A DNA stretch of 24,000 nt from Cuspidothrix issatschenkoi CHARLIE-1 (GTDB lineage: Bacteria; Cyanobacteriota; Cyanobacteriia; Cyanobacteriales; Nostocaceae): contig NZ_PGEM01000095.1 of assembly GCF_002934005.1 (NCBI RefSeq), positions 1,137 through 25,136 on the forward strand. Direction: 5' to 3'. The notes below the pieces were generated by a model that had not been told where the DNA came from, made no database searches, and saw only the letters and a list, made by a program, of their open reading frames with translations. The position numbers and the translations under genes are program-made. Positions 1 to 8,447 of this stretch are shown piece after piece; within the stretch, counting starts at the first letter, position 1; every line of letters starts with the position of its first letter.

Positions 1-528
1 AATTCTCCCCTGGTATGGTGGTATAATTGCCGATATTTACCACACATGAAAGATGAAGCTTTAAACCCTGTTGGTTATTTAATGGAAACTCTTCCCATTG
101 CACAACCCACAACAGAAATACGCGCAGAAGTAGAAGAAATTGTCACTCGTTTAATAGAAATAACTAAACTCAACGGACAAGTTTATAAAGATGTTCTCGA
201 CTGGTTGCAAGTAGAATACAAAATTGAAAAATTGGGAAATAAATTAGAAGATTTCGCAGCTTTAGAATTTACGGAATTTCTGGAAGAAGTGAGAAAAAGA
301 ATGCCCAAACCAAAGACAGCTAAAAAAGCATCTGACCCTCTGAGTATAACAGCATTTAAAGCTTTACGTCAAGCATATAGTGATTATGTTCCAGAAATTC
401 AAACCCGCAAAAACGAAACTATGAAATTAGAAAAGCGACTTTCCGATTTAGTGAATCAAGTTTATCAATTAACACCAGAAGAAATTGAATTAATGTGGAA
501 AACAGCACCTCCAAGAATGCCGATTTGA
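1..528 (+). CDS. 3' end of a restriction-modification-type enzyme gene (C-terminal helical/specificity region); 5' part lies outside the window
   Basis: Frame 1 is open from base 1 (NSPLVWWYNCRYLPH precedes the listed Met at 46), so the gene is cut by the window edge. The helical tail ending ...VYQLTPEEIELMWKTAPPRMPI resembles, from memory, C-termini of Eco57I/TaqI-like type IIG methylase-endonuclease fusions. No catalytic motif lies inside the window, so the product call is tentative. Confidence 0.4.
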   Translation, partial: NSPLVWWYNCRYLPHMKDEALNPVGYLMETLPIAQPTTEIRAEVEEIVTRLIEITKLNGQVYKDVLDWLQVEYKIEKLGNKLEDFAALEFTEFLEEVRKRMPKPKTAKKASDPLSITAFKALRQAYSDYVPEIQTRKNETMKLEKRLSDLVNQVYQLTPEEIELMWKTAPPRMPI

Positions 529-538
529 ATTAAAAATT

Positions 539-677
539 AAAAAATTGTCAGAATCAGGATATCCAGGATTAAAGGATTTCAAGAATATGAATTTTCTCTG
601 TGTACTCTGCGTCTCTGCGGTTCGTTATAAAAAAATTGTCAGAATCAGGATATCCAGGATTAAAGGATTTACAAGAT
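539..677. repeat. Two ~48-bp direct repeat copies (539-586 and 630-677) flanking a ~43-bp core; small dispersed-repeat or MITE-like element
   Basis: AAAAAATTGTCAGAATCAGGATATCCAGGATTAAAGGATTT occurs twice at an offset of 91 bp and is identical over about 41 bp. The core contains CTCTGCGTCTCTGCGGTTCG. Both sequence types look like short interspersed repeats common in Nostocales intergenic DNA. Confidence 0.6.
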
Positions 678-743
678 GTCTTTTAATTTTTAATCATTAG
701 ATGTTATAATCAACAAATTACAACTTGATGCCATATCAAAATT

Positions 744-1550
744 ATGATCATTGCACAAGAACGAGAAACCCAAGAAAGCATCTCCCAAGATGTAATTTTC
801 CCCCCTGGTGATTTATATAGTGATGAACCTCCCGTGGAAACAGAACTGCATCTAGAGCAAATTATGCTCTTAATCAAATGTCTTAAATGGTTGTGGAAAG
901 ATAGAAATGACTTCTATGCTGCTGGAAACCTAACTATTTACTATAGTCCAAATCAGAAAAAATCAGAAGATTCTCGTGGTCCAGATTTCTTTGTGGTTTT
1001 AGGAACTGAACGCAAAACCCGTAAAAGTTGGGTAGTGTGGGATGAAAATGGTAAATATCCTCATGTAATTGTCGAAATTCTCTCACCCAGTACAGCAAAA
1101 ACAGATAGAGAATTTAAAAAACAACTCTATCAAAATACATTCCGCACTCCAGATTATTTTTGGTTTGATCCTTACACTTTAGAATTTGCAGGTTTTCATT
1201 TATTAGATGGAAAATATCAACCTTTAACAGCAAATGAAAAAGGACATTTATGGAGTCAACAACTAGGTTTATATTTGGGTGTTTATAATGGTTTATTGCG
1301 ATATTTTACACGCGAAGGAATTTTAGTTCCTACACCGGAAGAAAGCGCGGAACAAGAAGGTAAAAGAGCAGAAGCTGAAGCAAAAGCAAGAAAGTCGGAA
1401 GCCGAAAGAGCAGAAGCAGAAGCCAAAAGAGCAGAAGCAGAAGCCAAAAGAGCAGAAGCAGAAGCCAAAAGAGCAGAAGCAGAAGCCAAAAGAGCAGCAC
1501 GTTTAGCGGCAAAATTGAGAGAATTAAATATTGACCCGGAAACAATTTAA
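744..1550 (+). CDS. Uma2-family (DUF820) putative restriction-endonuclease-like protein with a repetitive AEAEAKR C-terminal helix
   Basis: ATG start. Motifs match the Uma2/DUF820 PD-(D/E)xK-like family abundant in cyanobacteria: ...GNLTIYYSP...PDFFVVLG...RKSWVVWDENGKYPHVIVEILSPSTAKTDREFKKQLY...YFWFDP. The C-terminal ...AARLAAKLRELNIDPE tail is also typical. Confidence 0.85.
   Translation: MIIAQERETQESISQDVIFPPGDLYSDEPPVETELHLEQIMLLIKCLKWLWKDRNDFYAAGNLTIYYSPNQKKSEDSRGPDFFVVLGTERKTRKSWVVWDENGKYPHVIVEILSPSTAKTDREFKKQLYQNTFRTPDYFWFDPYTLEFAGFHLLDGKYQPLTANEKGHLWSQQLGLYLGVYNGLLRYFTREGILVPTPEESAEQEGKRAEAEAKARKSEAERAEAEAKRAEAEAKRAEAEAKRAEAEAKRAARLAAKLRELNIDPETI
1410..1497 (+). repeat. 21-bp tandem repeat, 4 perfect units plus a partial unit (GCAGAAGCAGAAGCCAAAAGA), in frame within the Uma2 gene
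   Basis: Units at 1410-1430, 1431-1451, 1452-1472 and 1473-1493 are identical and encode (AEAEAKR)n. More diverged copies lie upstream (1369-1409). Confidence 0.9.
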
Positions 1551-1669
1551 GAGGATGTTTGAAAAGTTCCAGAAGGTATAATTTTATCAGTACAAGCTCA
1601 ATACAAGCTCACTAACCTCTTAGTACAAGTCTTGCCTGTTAAACTTATACAAATTAAATGCAGTACAGC

Positions 1670-2710
1670 TTATTTATCAATTACCAATTCTTCAGTTGAT
1701 TTAATGATGTGCATTCCTGCATCCGCAAATCTCGCAAATATGGTATTTGCTTGTTCTGTGTAGTCAACGACTCCAGGAACAACCACAGGAGAAGTACAAT
1801 CTTCTAAGAGATAAATTTTCTTTGTCAGGGTACTATCTACCTGTTTAATTTCTGTTAGTAAATCTTCAATTGTCCAGGCTACACAATGACTTTTAGCTTG
1901 TCCAGCAATAATCACTGCATCGTATTTTAAAAGTTGTTGAATTAAATTTGTGTTTTTGTTTCCAATTGGTTGATTATCCCATCCTATTAAAACTTCAGGG
2001 CGTAAAATAGAATAATTTTCTGTAAAAGGATTTTCACCTTTTAATTCAAATTGGGCTTGACTTTGACGGGCAATACTATGAAAAAATATGGCTTCTTCTA
2101 ACGATGAAACTAAGGCGTGACCAATTCCTCCTAACATAGAATGATAAGGCCAAACTACTAAGGGATATTTACCATCTTGACTGAGTTGTTTGACATAATG
2201 CAATGCTTGTTTTCTTAATAATTCATAATCACCATTAGTCAAACTATGGGCAACTGCTGGGTTAACTTGCCAGATACCTTGTTCAATGTCTGCGGGTCTA
2301 ATATTAGTGGCGGCTGGTGTGGGGTGTTCACCTTGAGCATTTACCCAAAAAATGGGGTGAAATATTTGCATAGCTGTGTGAGTATCTAAAGTAGGAATAA
2401 TTTTGGTAATTACTCCCAAATGGCGATAAATAAATTCACACAGTCTTTGATTATCTTCTACCGCACCATTGCCAGTTTTGCCCCCAACAAATAATTCAAA
2501 ATCAGGAATACAAAAAGTATTTTGGACATCTATTAATAATAGACAAATCTGATTTTGATCGGTAACTGCTGGTTGAATATTGTAGTGTTGAGCAAATATT
2601 TCGGCTTCAGTGGCAATTTCTTGGTAAGCTACACGCCAAACTTCTCTAACTTTTTCCCGGTTGAAGTGGGGAGGTATGGGTAAATGGGTTATATTTTTGG
2701 GATTCATCAT
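1670..2710 (-). CDS. Isochorismatase-family cysteine hydrolase (nicotinamidase-like), long form
   Basis: ATG start (MMNPK). LLLIDVQNTFC matches the D-x-Q-x-x-F motif of nicotinamidase/isochorismatase folds. VIIAGQAKSHCVAWT carries the catalytic-Cys context. At 346 aa it is longer than the ~190-aa classical enzymes. Confidence 0.8.
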   Translation of the reverse strand: MMNPKNITHLPIPPHFNREKVREVWRVAYQEIATEAEIFAQHYNIQPAVTDQNQICLLLIDVQNTFCIPDFELFVGGKTGNGAVEDNQRLCEFIYRHLGVITKIIPTLDTHTAMQIFHPIFWVNAQGEHPTPAATNIRPADIEQGIWQVNPAVAHSLTNGDYELLRKQALHYVKQLSQDGKYPLVVWPYHSMLGGIGHALVSSLEEAIFFHSIARQSQAQFELKGENPFTENYSILRPEVLIGWDNQPIGNKNTNLIQQLLKYDAVIIAGQAKSHCVAWTIEDLLTEIKQVDSTLTKKIYLLEDCTSPVVVPGVVDYTEQANTIFARFADAGMHIIKSTEELVIDK

Positions 2711-2727
2711 GGCAATATATGGGGGTA

Positions 2728-2952
2728 TTAAAGATCATCATCGGGGAAATTAAGTACAGGTAGGCGATCGCCTCGAAATAATTCTTCACTAGCTTCACCC
2801 AAGTTGAGCAATGCTTCACTGGTGGCCTTTTGAACTAGGATCAGCATCAGTATAGATACCGCACCAATTTGTAAAAAACAAGACTTATTAATCGGCAACG
2901 AGAGGCAATTGAATCCGGTTTGAGAACAAAACTGTTTTTTTAGATCTGTCAT
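2728..2952 (-). CDS. Hypothetical small protein (74 aa) with one hydrophobic segment
   Basis: ATG start. It ends 17 nt upstream of the isochorismatase-like gene on the same strand, so co-transcription is possible. I recognise no family. A HIP1 site lies inside it. Confidence 0.3.
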   Translation of the reverse strand: MTDLKKQFCSQTGFNCLSLPINKSCFLQIGAVSILMLILVQKATSEALLNLGEASEELFRGDRLPVLNFPDDDL

Positions 2953-3332
2953 TGTCTTTCTGATTAATTACTAGATGGGTAAAATAGACGGAAAAGTTAA
3001 TTTTTGATTCCAGAGACAAAATTAGATGCGGATGCTAAAACTTGAAAATTGCCACCAGGGCTGGATATTGGTCAATTGTATCTAAGGATTCAGGGAACAG
3101 GAAAGAAAAATGTTCTTCATTCTTTTTTTATCCTGATAGCGCAGCGTGGCATTAACTAAACTCCTGAATGGGTGGGGAAACCCCGCCCCTACTCTTGAAC
3201 TCCTACAATTGTATCAGGTGGGAAGATCACAAAATTGTCAAAAAAAACGTCAAAATGTGATGATGCTATGGTTCTAGTTAACAACCACAGGTAAATTACC
3301 TAAATCACCATTCCTGTTAAATTTCACCGCCC

Positions 3333-6300
3333 ATGAAAACCGTATTACCTGATAGCAAAATACTGCTGCAAGCAGTTCATCAAAAATCCTTAGTCCAATG
3401 GATAAGCCAAGCAACGGGTATCGATACTTTCGGCATCAAAGTACAGTTACTAGGTAATGACCTGCATATTCTATGTGAAAGTGCTGAGTGTCCAGAACAT
3501 TGGCAAACTGTGTTAGGGTTATTACAAGCTATACAGCAAACTGATGTGGATACCCTCACTAATGACGAGCAACCCTCCATCTATCAAATATTAGTTTACG
3601 GACGGAAAAAAGGAGAACATCACCCAGAATGGTATCATCGAGTTTCCTTGCATCAAGTAGAGCAACATTTAGAACAGGTAGAATCTGTTCTATCAACTCA
3701 AGCAGATGTCAAGAAAATCCCTAGTGGCTCTCTGATTATCTCTAATGAAAGTTTGGCACGCCAAGGTGATATAGATGCTATTGCTCGCTATCTCAGTGAA
3801 CATCTCAGTCATTTAGGTGTGGCTGTTCAGGTAAAAATTAGCCAATGTCCTAGCAAAACTAATCCACAAATTATCGTTAATCGCCTTTGGGTATTGTGTC
3901 AGTCTAGTTATAGTCCCGATCCATCATTGTTGGCGGAAACAGTAGCCCAAAAGCTGAGACATTTAAAACTGGTGGGCTATCAAGATGGTGTTCTAGTTTC
4001 TCAGGTACGGGGAGAAACAGAGCCAGATTGGCGGATGTGGGTAGATTTAACACCGCCAGAGGTAATGTTAAAAGAATGGGCGCGGTGGGGAGATTTACAA
4101 GCGATCGCCAAAATATTATCAGTAGAATTACTAGGCTTTAAAATCGCCGTTCAAACTTCCCTCAAAGAATCTACCCTGCATATATTCTGTACTCCAGCCT
4201 TTGATCTTCTCGGATCGTCCCCTGCACCAGATCAAGAAACTGCTATCAAGACCATTGTTCCCTTATTAGACACCATCGCCCCCCAAGCAATTCTTTCAGT
4301 AGCTATATATGGACAGAAAACAGGTGATAAACAACCTGCTTGGATAGATTGGGTCTCTTTACCCGCATCTCAACATCCAAATTTAGCTACATCTGCTTTG
4401 GATCTTGCCCGTGCAGGTGACAACAGTGCAATTATATTTCTACTAGAGCGTTTACTCAATCCTGATCTGGATTGGCGATTGAAAACAGGTGGTATCCGGG
4501 TATTGGTAGTCCGCAAAGAAAATTTGTTACACATCATGTGTGATGCTCCTGTTTGTCCTACACGCCATCAAGTTTCTAACAAAGTGACTCAATTTATCCG
4601 CCAGTTGAAAATTTACCGGATTAGTGGTATACGTATTTATGGCCGTCGTGCAGGAGATAAAGAACCTGTATGGCATCATGGTGTTGATTTAGAACAACGC
4701 GCTCAATTAGTTCCTGAAGCTACACCAGAATTTGCCGCTACATCTAAATATATAAATTCTCTAGTGATAAATGAAACCAGTAAAACAATTTTACGTCCTT
4801 ATTTAACAAATGAGGAAGTAAACAATTTTGACAAAGAACTCGCAAAAAAATGGGTGGCAAATACCAACCAACTAATCAAAAAGTTACTTTTAAATAGCCA
4901 ATTATTTACAGAAGTCCATCAGGACAATGAGCAAAATCCTGAGCATCAAGGAATTGGTGGTGGTCTGATTTGGCTGGGATTAGGATTACTGCTCACATTG
5001 CAAAATGATTTAATGTTAGGCTATGTTGCTGCCCATACTCTGAAAAATTCACCGAAAACTACTACAGTTTCCAGTGTGTCGTCAGAATCTGAAGCATCTT
5101 TCCCTGTGGAATATCAGGAAAAAACACCTCTATTAAATCAGCCAAAAACAACGGGCTTTTCTAAAACAGATTCTACTTTTAATGCTTCTGGATTTATTAA
5201 TGATGCAGGAGCGTCGAAAAATTTACGAGCTGCACCATTAAAAGAAAAAGCTACATCTACAGCAATTTTATTGGCAGCGCGTTCACAAATGCCAACTTTT
5301 AATGCTCGCCAATTAGATGAGCAATTAGCCCTATATAAACAACGTTTAGCAATTAAAAAACGTCCTCCAGATGTCCTAATTATTGGTTCTTCTCGCGCAT
5401 TGCGAGGAGTTGATCCTGTGGCTCTTTCTAAAGCTTTAGTCAGCCAAGGTAATCGTAATATTGATGTATTTAATTTTGGTATTAATGGTGCAACTGCCCA
5501 AGTCATTGACGTAATTATCCGTTACGTTTTAGAGCCTCAAGAATTACCAAAATTGATTTTGTGGGCTGATGGTTCCCGTGCTTTTAATAATGGTAGAGAA
5601 GATGTCACTTTTAATGCCGTCGAATCATCACCAGGATACAAACAGATAATACAGAAAGCAACCACACAAATCAAACCTGATCAAGTTCCTAAAAATCCAG
5701 AAAAAACACCCGACAAAATCAATACTGAAATTGCTAAGGCAGATGTTAGCTTTTATCAAATAGGTAATGATCGGCTAAATGAAGTTGTCGCTAATTTATC
5801 TGCTAGTTATAAAAACCGTGATCAAATTAAAGCCCTGCTGCAAAAACAACTTAAATATCTCCCTGTTAGTTCTGAAGATATCCAAAAAAAATTAAATACT
5901 GATGTTACTTATAACTCTAAAATAGATAATAATTCTTCTATTGTTGGAGTTGATTTTGATGGATTTTTACCTTTATCTATTCGTTATAATCCCAAAACTT
6001 ACTATCAAAAACACCCTAAAGTTTCTGGAGATTATGACAATGATTATAAATCTTTCCAACTGTCAGGTAAGCAAGATCAGGCATTTCAATCAGTTTTAGA
6101 GTTTACCAAAAAAAATAATATTTCTCTCGTTTTTGTGAATATGCCTCTGACTTCAGAATATTTAGATCCTGTCCGCACAAAATATGAACAGCAGTTCCAA
6201 GCGTACTTATTGAACTTTACCAATAGTTCTCACTTTATATATTGTGATTTCAGTCAGTTATGGCCAACAATCAATGATTACTTTTCTGATCCCAGTCACC

Positions 6301-6377
6301 TTAACCGTTATGGTGCTTATGAAGTATCTAAAAAACTCGCTGTAGATCCCATGATTACCTGGCCAACTGGGAAATAA
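3333..6377 (+). CDS. Large membrane protein: four ~100-aa N-terminal repeat modules, one TM segment, S/T-rich linker, C-terminal SGNH/DUF1574-like (AlgJ/AlgX/PatB-type) putative O-acyltransferase/esterase domain
   Basis: ATG start. Repeats lie at about aa 20-106, 141-239, 249-343 and 358-453. TM segment is GIGGGLIWLGLGLLLTLQNDLMLGYVAA (aa ~540-567). The C-terminal domain has VLIIGSSRAL (block-I-like Ser), FNFGINGAT, and DPSHLN (D-x-x-H) near the C-terminus. It sits immediately upstream of an MBOAT gene, the usual DUF1574 context. Confidence 0.8.
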   Translation: MKTVLPDSKILLQAVHQKSLVQWISQATGIDTFGIKVQLLGNDLHILCESAECPEHWQTVLGLLQAIQQTDVDTLTNDEQPSIYQILVYGRKKGEHHPEWYHRVSLHQVEQHLEQVESVLSTQADVKKIPSGSLIISNESLARQGDIDAIARYLSEHLSHLGVAVQVKISQCPSKTNPQIIVNRLWVLCQSSYSPDPSLLAETVAQKLRHLKLVGYQDGVLVSQVRGETEPDWRMWVDLTPPEVMLKEWARWGDLQAIAKILSVELLGFKIAVQTSLKESTLHIFCTPAFDLLGSSPAPDQETAIKTIVPLLDTIAPQAILSVAIYGQKTGDKQPAWIDWVSLPASQHPNLATSALDLARAGDNSAIIFLLERLLNPDLDWRLKTGGIRVLVVRKENLLHIMCDAPVCPTRHQVSNKVTQFIRQLKIYRISGIRIYGRRAGDKEPVWHHGVDLEQRAQLVPEATPEFAATSKYINSLVINETSKTILRPYLTNEEVNNFDKELAKKWVANTNQLIKKLLLNSQLFTEVHQDNEQNPEHQGIGGGLIWLGLGLLLTLQNDLMLGYVAAHTLKNSPKTTTVSSVSSESEASFPVEYQEKTPLLNQPKTTGFSKTDSTFNASGFINDAGASKNLRAAPLKEKATSTAILLAARSQMPTFNARQLDEQLALYKQRLAIKKRPPDVLIIGSSRALRGVDPVALSKALVSQGNRNIDVFNFGINGATAQVIDVIIRYVLEPQELPKLILWADGSRAFNNGREDVTFNAVESSPGYKQIIQKATTQIKPDQVPKNPEKTPDKINTEIAKADVSFYQIGNDRLNEVVANLSASYKNRDQIKALLQKQLKYLPVSSEDIQKKLNTDVTYNSKIDNNSSIVGVDFDGFLPLSIRYNPKTYYQKHPKVSGDYDNDYKSFQLSGKQDQAFQSVLEFTKKNNISLVFVNMPLTSEYLDPVRTKYEQQFQAYLLNFTNSSHFIYCDFSQLWPTINDYFSDPSHLNRYGAYEVSKKLAVDPMITWPTGK

Positions 6378-6534
6378 ACCTTTGGGAAAGATAAAGATTT
6401 GGACTTTACCTTTCCTCTTTACTAAACAGTATTGTCACAATATGCACATAATAATAACAAAGATATAGCGGTTTTTGGTCTGGTGAGATACTCCCTAATT
6501 TCTTCCCTGTTCCCTGTTTTCTAATCAATAAACA

Positions 6535-8034
6535 ATGAAATTTATATCTATTTTTTATGGGCTGTTTCTACTGAGTTTTTTAGGTATCTACTGGACTATT
6601 AATACAGCACATATCAGATTATGGATAGTGCTAATAGCTAGTCTGATTTTCTACGCATCCTTAAATATTCAATATTTACCTTTACTTTTAGTACTGACAT
6701 TTATTAACTTTCGTTTAGGGTTAGAAATAGGTAGCAACACTTCACCGAAAAAACATTCTCAAGACTCGAGTTTATCTAACGAAGAATGGCAATTTGCTCA
6801 AGCTGATTGGAATCAACACCGACTGAAAATATTATGGGCTGGTATAGGTTTAAATGTACTGCTTCTGCTAGGGTTTAAATATATAAATCATTTCATAAAT
6901 CTAGGTTTCAATTTCTCAACCAATTCACCAGATCCGCTAGTAAAAATAGTTGGACCTTTAGGGATTTCTTTCTTCACATTTGAATGTTTGTCCTATTTAA
7001 TAGATGTTTATCGTGGTGCTCCTGCCAGTTCTAAATTTATCGAGTTTGCTACATACAAGCTATTTTTTCCTAAGCTCATCTCAGGTCCAATTACTCGCTA
7101 TCACAACTTATCAGCACAATTCGGTAATATAAAATTTCCAAGTATTGATAAAGTCGCCGATGGCTTGTGGTTAATCGCTAGAGGGGCAGTGAAAAAAGGT
7201 ATTCTTGCGGATAATTTGGGAATATTTGTGGATTTATGTTTTGGCAATTTGCAAAGAGCAGGGAGTACGGATTTATGGTTAGCTACCTTTGCTTATGGCT
7301 TACAGTTATATTTAGATTTTAATGGTTATGTAGATATAGCTCGTGGTAGTGCTTTATTATTTGGTTTAGTATTGCCAGAAAATTTTGATTTCCCCTATTT
7401 TACTACGAGTATTGCCGATTTTTGGCGCCGGTGGCACATAACATTAGGTGACTGGTTACGGAACTATCTCTATTTTCCTTTAGGTGGTTCTCGTCACGGG
7501 TTAATACGTACCTGCGGAAATTTGCTGATAGTTATGCTAGTGGCTGGTGTTTGGCATGGTTCAGCCTGGGGTTTTATTATTTGGGGTATATTACATGGTC
7601 TGGCTTTAGTAGTTCATCGTTTGACTAGTGCCGTTGGCGATCGCTGGAAAATTCTCAAGCTATTTTGGCGGACTCCTATAGGTATAATTATTGCGTGGTT
7701 GTTGACTCAAATCATGGTATTTACATCTTGGATTTGGTTTCGTCTTCCCAACATCCAAGACTCGAATGTAGTCATTCAACATCTTTGGGGTCATGTAGGT
7801 GATCAACAATTCGCTCAAAAGGTCTATGTTGAAGCCCTGAATATCAGTCAATCTCAGCTTTATTATTTACTGTTGGTAATACCCTTGTTCATGAGCGTCT
7901 CTTATTTTCTTAAACGCATCCTAAAATTAGAGTTTAGTTGGGTGATTAAAGTTGTTTTTGTGCCTTTATGCTTTTATGCAGTGTGGTTACTAGCCCCCGA
8001 AGGTAGCTTACCTTATATCTATTTTGATTTTTAG
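6535..8034 (+). CDS. MBOAT-family membrane-bound O-acyltransferase (AlgI/DltB/PatA-like)
   Basis: ATG start and a polytopic hydrophobic protein. Hallmark MBOAT motifs are present: FWRRWHITLGDWLRNYLYFPLGGSR and VAGVWHGSAWGF (invariant His). Confidence 0.9.
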   Translation: MKFISIFYGLFLLSFLGIYWTINTAHIRLWIVLIASLIFYASLNIQYLPLLLVLTFINFRLGLEIGSNTSPKKHSQDSSLSNEEWQFAQADWNQHRLKILWAGIGLNVLLLLGFKYINHFINLGFNFSTNSPDPLVKIVGPLGISFFTFECLSYLIDVYRGAPASSKFIEFATYKLFFPKLISGPITRYHNLSAQFGNIKFPSIDKVADGLWLIARGAVKKGILADNLGIFVDLCFGNLQRAGSTDLWLATFAYGLQLYLDFNGYVDIARGSALLFGLVLPENFDFPYFTTSIADFWRRWHITLGDWLRNYLYFPLGGSRHGLIRTCGNLLIVMLVAGVWHGSAWGFIIWGILHGLALVVHRLTSAVGDRWKILKLFWRTPIGIIIAWLLTQIMVFTSWIWFRLPNIQDSNVVIQHLWGHVGDQQFAQKVYVEALNISQSQLYYLLLVIPLFMSVSYFLKRILKLEFSWVIKVVFVPLCFYAVWLLAPEGSLPYIYFDF

Positions 8035-8359
8035 CTTAACCGACTTCAAGCCCCACAACTGACCCAAAGGACAGCGTGAGATGAATGGCGCGTGAATTAA
8101 CGACAGTTTTTCGACCCTTGTACTGAGCGCGGCCGAAGGTTTGACCTCTGGAACGGGGGATAAAGCCTGTCGCCCAGAAGTAAGTCGCAGTAATAGAGGA
8201 CGAAAGAAGTCTACTACGGTGCTTTCTGCTGGACAGGAAGCCAACACTTTACCGTCAGGTCAGTGTGGGTAGTTCACAACTTTATTAGCAAATACCAATG
8301 TCCAAAATTTACATCAGCAAAACATATATTTGTGATAAGAAAGACTAATTTAATGTATC

Positions 8360-8388
8360 TTTACAAATTGAAAATAATGTTCTACATT
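8360..8388 (+). promoter_or_regulatory. Candidate sigma70-type psbA promoter (TTTACA-N17-TACATT)
   Basis: TTTACA at 8360-8365 and TACATT at 8383-8388 with a 17-nt spacer. This implies a leader of roughly 50 nt before the psbA ATG at 8448, in the range known for cyanobacterial psbA transcripts. Pattern match only. Confidence 0.3.
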
Positions 8389-8447
8389 TATAGTTATGTA
8401 AGCCTAAAAACTTACTAAAATCATACGAAAATAAAAGCACTCATAAA

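Noticed and set aside
1283-1545. Two minus-strand ORFs (68 and 71 aa) made of ASASALL or LLLLLFW repeats
   Set aside because: They are the antisense reading of the 21-bp tandem repeat inside the well-supported Uma2 gene. They are low-complexity artefacts.
3168-3196. GGGTGGGG-AAA-CCCCGCCC hairpin in the 2953-3332 intergenic region as a regulatory element
   Set aside because: It has a tight 3-nt loop and no adjacent U-run. The sequence type is a common dispersed cyanobacterial repeat, and nothing ties it to a specific function.
8008-8247. 79-aa minus-strand ORF across the GC-rich block
   Set aside because: It overlaps the MBOAT 3' end and has an S/L/P/R-rich composition typical of an open frame in GC-rich non-coding DNA. 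I recognise no family or start context. The region is treated as a candidate RNA or element instead.
8040-8275. Partial resemblances to glycine-riboswitch (CCGAAGG, CAAAGGACAG), TPP-riboswitch (CTGAG...ACCTCTGG) and SRP RNA (TTTACCGTCAGGTCAG) motifs
   Set aside because: The motifs are short, in the wrong order or spacing relative to the consensus structures as I remember them. The downstream gene (psbA) does not fit those regulons. Only a covariance-model search could settle it.
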